Virus record (IMG/VR): IMGVR_UViG_3300032330_002160
Length of the DNA stretch: 53,949 nt
Direction: 5' to 3' (one strand)
Source of the DNA: an uncultured virus (IMG/VR IMGVR_UViG_3300032330_002160)
Taxonomy: Duplodnaviria; Heunggongvirae; Uroviricota; Caudoviricetes
In this document: positions 1 through 8,367 of the stretch, in pieces
How positions within the stretch are numbered: position 1 is the first letter of the stretch
How the letters are laid out: every line of letters starts with the position of its first letter
The notes under the pieces: model-generated
Seen by the model: the letters and a program-made list of their open reading frames with translations, nothing else
Database searches by the model: none
What the model was told of the DNA's origin: nothing
Made by a program: the position numbers and the translations under genes

Positions 1-1565
1 ATTCTTCATATGGATCTAGAGGTGGCATATCTGCTAATGGCGTATCTTTAAATGCAGGAACTATTACTGCAAGTTGGAATGGTCCAAGTGCCGCAACAAT
101 GTTAAATTTAAATCGAAACGGTTCAGCTCGCTATTCAATTTATGATGATGTAAGCTTAAATAATAATATTTATTTCTATATAGGCACTTCAACAACTACG
201 GCAATTTTTCAAAATCAAAAAAGTATTGTTTTTCGCGCTCCTGTTTCTGCAACTGGAAATATTCAGGAATGGCAAAACTCTTCTTCTGGAATATTAACAT
301 CTGTTGGTCCAAGTGGGGCGATTAGTTTATTTCCATATGGGACTGGTCTTGGCAATACAAATGAGCTTCGCTTTTTAGAACTTGCAGCAAATGGAACAGA
401 ATATGTTGGATTTAAGGGAGCTAACGTAATTCCAAGTTCAATCGTTTGGACTCTTCCGTCTGGAGAAGGAGCATCAGGCCAAGCACTTACCACTAATGGA
501 AGCGGGATTCTCTCTTGGGCGAATAGTAGTACCGGGACTGTAACAAGCGTAAGCGGAACGGGATCAGTCAATGGTTTAACATTAACTGGAACTGTAACTA
601 GTAGTGGGGCGATTACACTTGGAGGAACTCTTAGTAATGTTTCTTTAATTAGTGCGGTTACCGACACACTTCCGATTGCTAATGGTGGTACAAATGCCAT
701 AACAGCAACCGGCGCACTTGCTAATTTAGGTGGTGTTTCTAGTTCGGATTCAAGACTTTCTGATTCAAGAACTCCTTCTGGTACTGCTGGTGGAGATCTA
801 ACGGGAACATATCCAAATCCAACTTTGGGCGCTGTTGGATCTTCTGGTATATATACAAAAGTCACTACTGACACAAAGGGAAGAGTTATTTCGGGAACAA
901 CTCTTTCAGTTTCAGATATCCCAACTTTAAATCAAAACACAACGGGAACAGCTAATAATGTAACAGGAATTGTTACTATAGCAAACGGCGGAACTAATGC
1001 TACTTCACTTGGTAGTTCAGGAAATATACTTTATTTTGATGGAACAAGAATACAAGCACAAACTTTATTAAATTATACTGCAAGTGGTATTCGAGCAATA
1101 TCCCCATCAACTAGTGGTAAACCATTAATTATTCAAGGTGTTACTGGTCAAACTGCAAATCTTCAAGAATGGCAAAATGTATCAGGAACCGCCCTATCTT
1201 ATCTTGATGCTAGCGGGAACTTTTACGCTATTTCAAAAAGCTTCTTAATTGATCACCCGTCTTCTCCAGACAAAAAGCTACGTTACGCAAGCTTGGAAGG
1301 TCCTGAACACGCAGTATTTTATCGTGGAACATTAATTAATAAAGATAATATCACATTACCTTATTATTGGAAAGATCTTGTTCATAATGATAGCATAACT
1401 GTTTCTTTAACGCCGAAAAAATATGCTCAACCAAATCTGTTTGTAGAGGAAGCAAATAATATTAAAGTTGTAGTTTCTTCTGATCGCCCAATATATTGCG
1501 ACTATATTATATACGGGACAAGAAAAGATGTCGATATGTTGGAGGTAGAAACTAATGTCGGTTAA
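1..1565 (+). CDS. Tail/accessory fibre protein, 5'-truncated by the window, with C-terminal fibre/chaperone-like domain
   Basis: The frame is open from nt 3 through the ATG at 99. Gly/Thr/Ser-rich, with typical fibre motifs (TLPIANGGTNA, GGDLTGTYPNP, YTKVTTDTKGRV) and a C-terminal KSFLIDHP...LEGPE..VFYRG domain common in phage fibres. Confidence 0.75.
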   Translation, partial: SSYGSRGGISANGVSLNAGTITASWNGPSAATMLNLNRNGSARYSIYDDVSLNNNIYFYIGTSTTTAIFQNQKSIVFRAPVSATGNIQEWQNSSSGILTSVGPSGAISLFPYGTGLGNTNELRFLELAANGTEYVGFKGANVIPSSIVWTLPSGEGASGQALTTNGSGILSWANSSTGTVTSVSGTGSVNGLTLTGTVTSSGAITLGGTLSNVSLISAVTDTLPIANGGTNAITATGALANLGGVSSSDSRLSDSRTPSGTAGGDLTGTYPNPTLGAVGSSGIYTKVTTDTKGRVISGTTLSVSDIPTLNQNTTGTANNVTGIVTIANGGTNATSLGSSGNILYFDGTRIQAQTLLNYTASGIRAISPSTSGKPLIIQGVTGQTANLQEWQNVSGTALSYLDASGNFYAISKSFLIDHPSSPDKKLRYASLEGPEHAVFYRGTLINKDNITLPYYWKDLVHNDSITVSLTPKKYAQPNLFVEEANNIKVVVSSDRPIYCDYIIYGTRKDVDMLEVETNVG

Positions 1566-2235
1566 TTACAATCCATCTGTTGTCACATCTGGATTGCTTT
1601 TAAATTTAGATGCGGGAAACTTAAAAAGTTATCCAACGAGTGGAACTGCGTGGACCGATCTTTCAGGCAATGCTAACAATGGTACATTAGTTAATAGCCC
1701 AACATATAGCAGTACAAATGGTGGTAATTTAACATTTAATGGAACAAATCAATATGCAAGCACCCCTTTAAGTCTTGGTGGGTATACAGCATTTACCATA
1801 GCAGCTTGGATTAAAACTACTGTTGTCAGCAAAGACATTATTGCAACATATGGCGTAAACAATATTTTTGAACTTTGGAGTTCAGCATCAAATAAAGTGG
1901 TATTATATGTTTATGCTACAGGTGGCGCAGTTTCGTATCGAACATCAATCGCTTCAATTACTACTGGATCTTGGGTATACTGTGTCGGTGTATATCAAGG
2001 ATCAAATGCAACATTAAATACATATGTAAATGGAATTTTAGATAATGGAGTTTTAACTGGCACAATTCCAGCATCTGTTGCAGCTGGTGCTTCTACTGTT
2101 GTAATAGGAAATGCAAATAGTGGAAATTATTATTTTAATGGATCAATGGGACAAATAAGTATCTACAATCGGGCACTTTCTGCTGTCGAAGTATTGCAAA
2201 ACTATAACGCCTTGCGTGGGAGGTATGGACTATGA
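1555..2235 (+). CDS. LamG/concanavalin A-like lectin domain protein (paralog 1)
   Basis: LLLNLDAGN..SYP..GT.WTDLSGN.NNGTL start, WVYCVGVY..YVNG core and IYNRALS...NYNA end are typical of phage LamG proteins. GGAGG ribosome-binding site (RBS) upstream. Confidence 0.85.
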   Translation: MSVNYNPSVVTSGLLLNLDAGNLKSYPTSGTAWTDLSGNANNGTLVNSPTYSSTNGGNLTFNGTNQYASTPLSLGGYTAFTIAAWIKTTVVSKDIIATYGVNNIFELWSSASNKVVLYVYATGGAVSYRTSIASITTGSWVYCVGVYQGSNATLNTYVNGILDNGVLTGTIPASVAAGASTVVIGNANSGNYYFNGSMGQISIYNRALSAVEVLQNYNALRGRYGL

Positions 2236-2945
2236 GTTTAGGACATTCTCCATCCATAGCAACGAGTGGATTGGTTTTATGTTTAGACGCTAGTAACACA
2301 AGAAGTTATCCGGGAAGTGGTACTGCTTGGACTGACCTTTCGGGAAATGCCAATAATGGAACATTGACAAATGGGCCAACATTTGATGCAGGGAACGGCG
2401 GAAGTTTAGTATTTAATGGAACAAATCATTATTCTATTTTTACAAGTAATAAATCTACATCAAATATTACTGTTTCTGCATGGGTTAAGCCTTCTGTTGT
2501 TGATGCAAACTGGAGAAAAATATTAATTTTTCCATATGGGGCTACATCGTGGACAGCACCATATTTTTCATATCAATTAGTAATTTATCAAAATTATTTT
2601 GGTGTTGGATTTAGTGTTAATACCACATATATGACTGGGCATTTAGCAGATACATCATTTACACCATCTGCTGGTATATGGTATAATTTAGTTGGAACAT
2701 TTAATGCTGGAATAATATCTATATATATTAATGGTATTTTAAAAGCAACTAAAGATGTAACTGCTAGTGGAACATCAATTATATATACCGCAAGAACACA
2801 AGCACTACTTGGAACAGACGCAGAATATCTTATTCAAGAATCATTCGGTGGAAACATTTCAAATGTTACCATTCATAATCGCACACTTTCATCTCAAGAA
2901 ATCCTCCAAAATTTCAACGCTCTGCGTGGGAGGTATGGCCTATGA
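2232..2945 (+). CDS. LamG/concanavalin A-like lectin domain protein (paralog 2)
   Basis: Same terminal motifs as the neighbouring genes; ATGA overlap with paralog 1. Confidence 0.85.
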   Translation: MSLGHSPSIATSGLVLCLDASNTRSYPGSGTAWTDLSGNANNGTLTNGPTFDAGNGGSLVFNGTNHYSIFTSNKSTSNITVSAWVKPSVVDANWRKILIFPYGATSWTAPYFSYQLVIYQNYFGVGFSVNTTYMTGHLADTSFTPSAGIWYNLVGTFNAGIISIYINGILKATKDVTASGTSIIYTARTQALLGTDAEYLIQESFGGNISNVTIHNRTLSSQEILQNFNALRGRYGL

Positions 2946-3631
2946 GTGCTTATGGTGGGCCATCTATTCTTAGTTCCGGATTGGTGCTTAACTTGGATGC
3001 GGGGAACGCAAGAAGTTATCCGGGAACAGGAACAACTTGGACGGATCTTTCGGGTAATGGATATAATGGAACACTAATTAACAGTCCTAGTTATAGTTCT
3101 TTAAATGGTGGCGTTTTATCATTTAATGGTTCAAATACTAATGTTAATTTAGGTAATGCTTCAATATTTATGCCTACAGGAGCTATAACTGTTTCAATGT
3201 GGGTAAATTCAACGGTAGTTAATTCTTATAAAAAAATGTTTGTAACTGTTTCATCTGGATCTCAAACAATTGATGGAATATATATGTCTTTTGGGCCCAA
3301 TCCCTATTACAGTTATACTGGAATAGGAACAGCCTCAGGTGGAAATATTAGTGCTGGATATGGATCTCCATTATCTGCTAATACATGGTACAATATATGT
3401 GGTACTTATAATGGAACAATTATTTCGCATTATGTAAATGGAATATTAAGCGGAACAGCATCCCAAAATGGAGCTATTAAAAATGCTGGTATTGGAAGAA
3501 TATCAGGATATGATAATAATAATGAAACATGGTCAGGATACATAAATAATTTTTGCATGTGGAATAGAGCACTTTCTAGTATTGAAGTAATGCAAAATTT
3601 TAATGCCCTTCGTGGGCGGTACGCCCTATAG
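2942..3631 (+). CDS. LamG/concanavalin A-like lectin domain protein (paralog 3)
   Basis: Same terminal motifs; ATGA overlap with paralog 2. Confidence 0.85.
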   Translation: MSAYGGPSILSSGLVLNLDAGNARSYPGTGTTWTDLSGNGYNGTLINSPSYSSLNGGVLSFNGSNTNVNLGNASIFMPTGAITVSMWVNSTVVNSYKKMFVTVSSGSQTIDGIYMSFGPNPYYSYTGIGTASGGNISAGYGSPLSANTWYNICGTYNGTIISHYVNGILSGTASQNGAIKNAGIGRISGYDNNNETWSGYINNFCMWNRALSSIEVMQNFNALRGRYAL

Positions 3632-3640
3632 GAGTAAATC

Positions 3641-6175
3641 ATGGCAAATTCAGATAAGAATATTAAAATCACGCCGAATATTAGTGCATCCGGCCAACCC
3701 AACATTGTCTATACTGGCTCAGGCAATGTTCCAATCGCACTTAAAGTTTTAGATGATTCTTATGGAACCTTAAGCTTTGAAGGTTCGGCTGGCCAGCTTT
3801 TTTCGTTGAATAATAATCTTTCTTCCGGAACTATTTTTAGCGTCAATGACATTTCAGGAATGCCTCAATTTGACGTTAACGCTGATGGCACAATTCGAGT
3901 CGCCCCTTATGGAAGTGGCGTTTATATGGGCGGCGTAGGTGGAGGAACATTTACTATACAGCCTTCGGTAAAATCTTCTTCTGGAGCAGGAACTTCTGTT
4001 GCTATTACGGCAGGTAATGGTGTTACCTCTGGGGCTGGTGGGTCGTTGATTCTTCAGGCAGGTATTCAGGCGACAACTGGTGGTGACGGGAAGGTTGTGG
4101 TTAAGCAGGTTGCCGGACAAACTAGTAATATTTTTGAAGTTCAAAATTCATCTGGAACAATATACGAAAGCACCTATATAGCATCTTCTGTTGTTTATAA
4201 AGACATATCTACTAATGGATCTTCTGCTCCATTAGCTAGATTATATGCAGGATCTTCCGAAGCAGCATTATTTTTAAATGGTTCTGGAAGAACCATAAAA
4301 TTAACTGCCAACAACGATGTTCCTAATCTTACTTTTACAGGATTTGGGCAAAATGTTACATTTTATAATGGTAGCTCAGGAACAACATCATTTTTAATTG
4401 CAAATGCAAGCACCGGAGTCGTGTCTTTCCCTGCTGGAGCAGTTTTTGATAGTTCGAGTGGTACTAAGTTTGGTCATTCTTCTAGTGGTCAAACCTTACC
4501 CTACAATTATTCTACTGTGGTAGGATCTAATGATATAAATTCAGGAAATTTGTATGTAAATGCTTTGGGCGGAGGAGCAAATGGAATTCAAGTAGGTCAT
4601 AATGCTGAACTTTTTTGGGTTAGAGAAGGTGGCAAGCCAAGAGTATTTGTTCAGTCGATTGGGAGCTCCGGATCTAAAAACGGTTTTGTTGGCGTAAGGA
4701 CCGAATCTCCTCTTGGACAGTTACATGTTGTAGCTGGAATGAATAACAAACCAGTCATGATAACGCAAGCGAAAACTACCAACACAGTAACTGTAACAAA
4801 TAAACAACTGACATCAAATGTTGCAACACTTACTTATACAGGAACTGGAGCATTTAAAAATGGCGAAACAATTACAGTAACTGGTGTAGATGCTACTTTT
4901 AATGGTACATTTACTGTAACTTCGGCAACAACTACAACTGTGACTTATGCTTTGGTATCAACTGATGTTGGATCTACTGCTTCATCTGGAACAATAACTT
5001 GTACACAAACGGCAAATTTGCAAGAGTGGCAGAATAGTAGTGGATCAACATTGGCCTCTGTGGGTTCAGCTGGAGCTATATATGCAAGAGATGGTATTGG
5101 ATCATCTACAGATATTTCCATAGCTTCTCAAAGTTATCCAACTGTTGGCTTTGTAATTCAAGGTGACAGAGTAAATGCTAGTATAGCTGGAACTTTATCT
5201 TGTCAAATGTTAGCTGGTAGACTCAATGTTAATAATACTCTGACATTTTCAAGTACTACTTTACAAAGCTCTACCGCCCATATTTTAGAACAAAGAAGTG
5301 GCACAAACGCTCAAGTATTTCAACTTTATAATACATATACGGATGCAAGTAACTATGAACGACTAGGAATTACATGGGCATCTAACATATGTACGATTGG
5401 TTTGGCGCAGGCTGGAACAGGATCAGTCAGATCTCTAGTAATAGCCGGTGCTAATGCTACTTCTGGAGCTGGCGGTGATGTGACAATCACGGCTGGTAAT
5501 GCCTCTAGCACTGGCGCTGGTGGTAACTTAATTTTACAAGCTGGTTTACAAGCTACCTCTGGTGGTGATGGGAAGGTTGTTGTCAGACAAAAAAGTGGTC
5601 AAACAAGCAATTTGCAGGAGTGGCAAAATTCATCTAGCGGCATATTAACATCTATTGGACCAAGCGGCGCAATTAATTTATTACCATATGGAACATCTTC
5701 TGGTAATACTAATGAAATAAGATTTAATGAACTTGCAGCTAATGGTACTGATTATGTTGGGTTTAAAGCGCCAGATTCTATATCGACACCAAAAATTTGG
5801 ACCTTGCCGTCTGGAGATGGAGCCACAGGTCAAGCATTAATTACAAATGGTAGTGGCCTTCTTTCTTGGGGCACGATTGCTAATTTATCAAGCTATACCA
5901 ATACTTCCGCAGCAACTACATCAGCTTATGATTTGGGAACATCAAATTTTGTTAAAGCAAATCCTTCCACAAGTGGATTAACAATTAATGGTTTTTCTTC
6001 AAGCGGAAGTTATGATGGCAGAATGTTAAAATTAGTCAATGTTAGTAATTACAATATAAATATTATTAATACGGGAACAACTGTTTGTGTTGGGGGAAAT
6101 AATATTGTTTTGGGGCCAAAAGATGGCGCTGATTTAATATTAGACAGCGGGGCTTCTGTTTGGAGAGTATTTTAA
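3641..6175 (+). CDS. Long modular tail fibre-like protein
   Basis: 844 aa, G/S/T-rich. Repeated modules (QTxNLQEWQNSSG; GAGGxLILQAGxQATxGGDGKV) are shared with other fibre genes here. AGGAG RBS. Confidence 0.7.
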   Translation: MANSDKNIKITPNISASGQPNIVYTGSGNVPIALKVLDDSYGTLSFEGSAGQLFSLNNNLSSGTIFSVNDISGMPQFDVNADGTIRVAPYGSGVYMGGVGGGTFTIQPSVKSSSGAGTSVAITAGNGVTSGAGGSLILQAGIQATTGGDGKVVVKQVAGQTSNIFEVQNSSGTIYESTYIASSVVYKDISTNGSSAPLARLYAGSSEAALFLNGSGRTIKLTANNDVPNLTFTGFGQNVTFYNGSSGTTSFLIANASTGVVSFPAGAVFDSSSGTKFGHSSSGQTLPYNYSTVVGSNDINSGNLYVNALGGGANGIQVGHNAELFWVREGGKPRVFVQSIGSSGSKNGFVGVRTESPLGQLHVVAGMNNKPVMITQAKTTNTVTVTNKQLTSNVATLTYTGTGAFKNGETITVTGVDATFNGTFTVTSATTTTVTYALVSTDVGSTASSGTITCTQTANLQEWQNSSGSTLASVGSAGAIYARDGIGSSTDISIASQSYPTVGFVIQGDRVNASIAGTLSCQMLAGRLNVNNTLTFSSTTLQSSTAHILEQRSGTNAQVFQLYNTYTDASNYERLGITWASNICTIGLAQAGTGSVRSLVIAGANATSGAGGDVTITAGNASSTGAGGNLILQAGLQATSGGDGKVVVRQKSGQTSNLQEWQNSSSGILTSIGPSGAINLLPYGTSSGNTNEIRFNELAANGTDYVGFKAPDSISTPKIWTLPSGDGATGQALITNGSGLLSWGTIANLSSYTNTSAATTSAYDLGTSNFVKANPSTSGLTINGFSSSGSYDGRMLKLVNVSNYNINIINTGTTVCVGGNNIVLGPKDGADLILDSGASVWRVF

Positions 6176-7243
6176 ATGTCTTTATATTCTATAGCTTATA
6201 AAAGAAGACCAACAGGATTACCTCTTTCTTTTGGCACTGCCCTAGAAGGATGGTATGACTTTAAAGATCTATCGACATTATTTCAAAATAGCAATGGCAC
6301 AACGGCAGTTACTACAGATTTTAATCCAGTAGGATATTGGGCGGATAAATCTGGAAAAGGTCGTCATTTAATTCAAGCAACATCTGGAGATCGGCCCGTT
6401 TATTATTCTGGTGATTCAAAAGGTATTTTTTTTGATTATACCGGCACAAACTATACAAATTTAAAATGTGTAAATGGGGCTACTTGGGCGGGCAATCTTA
6501 ATACATTTACAATTTTTATGATATATACGCCAACATCTATTGGGTCTTATTCAAGAATCCCAACAATATTATCATTTGGACATAGCACTAATCCATACGC
6601 CGTAAATATGACATGTGATGGTTTTTTTCAAACAACAGATAGTGTTTCAAATACTAGACAATATGCTTACTCTACATCAAAAATAATTCCAGAAAATTAT
6701 TTAGGAACATATTCAAATGTTAAACAATTACACACAATAGTTAAAGACTCGTCAACAACTCAAACGGCATTAAAAGATCGAACTCAAATGACATTGGCAG
6801 GGAGCTTTGCCTCTCAGACATCTTATACAGATTTAATTTTTGGTTATAATCCAATTTCTCAAACCTCAAGTTATTTTAGTGGTTATATTAAAGAAATTTT
6901 AATATATAGTAGAAATTTGTCTTCAATAGAATATTATAATTTAATTGATTATTTAATTGCAAAATATAGCGTAAACATAAGTTATTCTTATCCGGCAAGT
7001 GCCCCAACTTGTCCGACCACAACAACCACAACTACCACGGCTGCGCCGACCACCACAACTACTACCACAACCGCAGCACCATCTTCAGCAGGATATTATT
7101 GCGTTTGCGATCCAAACGGTTCTGGAATGGGAGCATGTGGATATTATACTTCCAATCCATCTAATGGAACATTGGTTGTTACTGGACCATATGCAACATC
7201 AGGAATATGTGCAAGTAATTGTACTGTTGCATGTGCATTATAA
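6176..7243 (+). CDS. LamG-like lectin with Thr-rich linker and Cys-rich C-terminus
   Basis: WYD..DLSTLFQ...VGYWADKSGKGRHLIQ..RP and GYIKEILIYSRNLS...YLIAKY, then PT8AAPT8AAP and a Cys-rich tail. Confidence 0.7.
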   Translation: MSLYSIAYKRRPTGLPLSFGTALEGWYDFKDLSTLFQNSNGTTAVTTDFNPVGYWADKSGKGRHLIQATSGDRPVYYSGDSKGIFFDYTGTNYTNLKCVNGATWAGNLNTFTIFMIYTPTSIGSYSRIPTILSFGHSTNPYAVNMTCDGFFQTTDSVSNTRQYAYSTSKIIPENYLGTYSNVKQLHTIVKDSSTTQTALKDRTQMTLAGSFASQTSYTDLIFGYNPISQTSSYFSGYIKEILIYSRNLSSIEYYNLIDYLIAKYSVNISYSYPASAPTCPTTTTTTTTAAPTTTTTTTTAAPSSAGYYCVCDPNGSGMGACGYYTSNPSNGTLVVTGPYATSGICASNCTVACAL

Positions 7244-7248
7244 CAATG

Positions 7249-7264
7249 GGTGTATTTACTTATA
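7249..7264 (+). promoter_or_regulatory. GGTGTA + A/T-rich motif, putative phage late promoter
   Basis: GGTGTATTTACTTATA. The same core occurs at 12155, 15399, 18885 and 39668, each at the start of an intergenic gap. Confidence 0.55.
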
Positions 7265-7280
7265 AACAAGGAGAATTAAC

Positions 7281-7823
7281 ATGGCATACAACTGGAAAAT
7301 CGAGATGGGCACCGTGTTAAGAGTTCTTCTTAACGATTTAACTGCCCCATACCAATATTCTGACGAAAGACTTTACCAACTTTTAACTGTCGCATCACAA
7401 CAAGTTCAAGCGGCAAATTTGTCATTCCCATTAGTATATAAAATTAATATTCCATCATTAACAATAACTCCAGATCCAACAGACTCTGATGCTGGAACTA
7501 GAGATGATAGTTTTATTAATTTAGTTACCTTAAAAGCAGCATGTATCACTAGTCATGGAGAGGCGAGGACGGCGGCGAAACAAGGCATATCCATCAGGGA
7601 TGGGTCATCGGCAATTGACTTGACCGGCCCCCTTCAAGGTCGTTTAAAATTAATTGAAATAGGTTATTGTGAATCCTATGAGCAATGTAAGTTAGAGTAC
7701 CAAACGGCTAGAATTGGGACAATTGCGGGGGCGACGATACTTACGCCGTTTAGGGTATTCGCGGGGTTCGGAGAGCAGGCGTATTACCCGATGGCTGAGG
7801 GAAGACAGACATTTATTCATTAG
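7281..7823 (+). CDS. Putative head-tail connector/adaptor (gp6-like) protein
   Basis: LRVLLND...YQYSDERLYQLL start resembles helical head-tail adaptors. AGGAG RBS; structural context. Confidence 0.45.
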   Translation: MAYNWKIEMGTVLRVLLNDLTAPYQYSDERLYQLLTVASQQVQAANLSFPLVYKINIPSLTITPDPTDSDAGTRDDSFINLVTLKAACITSHGEARTAAKQGISIRDGSSAIDLTGPLQGRLKLIEIGYCESYEQCKLEYQTARIGTIAGATILTPFRVFAGFGEQAYYPMAEGRQTFIH

Positions 7824-7833
7824 GAGATGTTTT

Positions 7834-8367
7834 ATGTCGGAAAAGACTTGTTCTAAGTGTAAGTCAGTAAAACCTTTGCATGATTTTATAAAATCAAAGC
7901 AGTCTAAAGATGGTCTTAGCTCTTGGTGCAAACAATGCAACAGAGCAAGAAATAGAAACAGTTATTATTTAGATCATCAAGCTCAAAAAGCAAGAGATAA
8001 AAATAAAAGAGATAAAAATAAAAAACATTATAGAGAATATCATAAAAAATATTATCATTCTGATAAATTAAGGCAGAGAAATTATCATTTAAAAAAATGT
8101 TATGGAATTACTCAAAAAGATTACGAAATGATGCTTAATTATCAACAAAATAAATGCGCCACTTGTCAAGAAGAACTTGGATCAAAATTATTTGTTGATC
8201 ACAATCATTCTACCGGAGAAATTAGAGGATTATTGTGTAACAGTTGTAATGTTGTTTTGGGCTACGCTAAAGAAAATCCAGATATTTTAAAACAAGCAAT
8301 TTCCTATCTAACCAATTATCCCGCCCAATTTCTCCCAATTAAAAGGACGCAATCATGCCTTATATAA
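7834..8367 (+). CDS. Endonuclease VII-family (HNH-like) free-standing homing endonuclease
   Basis: N-terminal Zn ribbon (CSKC...CKQC), YGIT..DY..M...Q..KCATC, VDHNHSTGEIRGLLCNSCNVVLG. ATG 7834 follows AGGAG. Confidence 0.9.
   Translation: MSEKTCSKCKSVKPLHDFIKSKQSKDGLSSWCKQCNRARNRNSYYLDHQAQKARDKNKRDKNKKHYREYHKKYYHSDKLRQRNYHLKKCYGITQKDYEMMLNYQQNKCATCQEELGSKLFVDHNHSTGEIRGLLCNSCNVVLGYAKENPDILKQAISYLTNYPAQFLPIKRTQSCLI

Noticed and set aside
1988..1993. GGTGTA copy inside LamG paralog 1
   Set aside because: It is mid-gene, far from any start codon, and explained by Gly-Val codons.
7714..7833. N-terminal extension of the endonuclease given by the ORF track
   Set aside because: It overlaps the upstream gene. 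ATG 7834 has a good AGGAG and begins the Zn ribbon.
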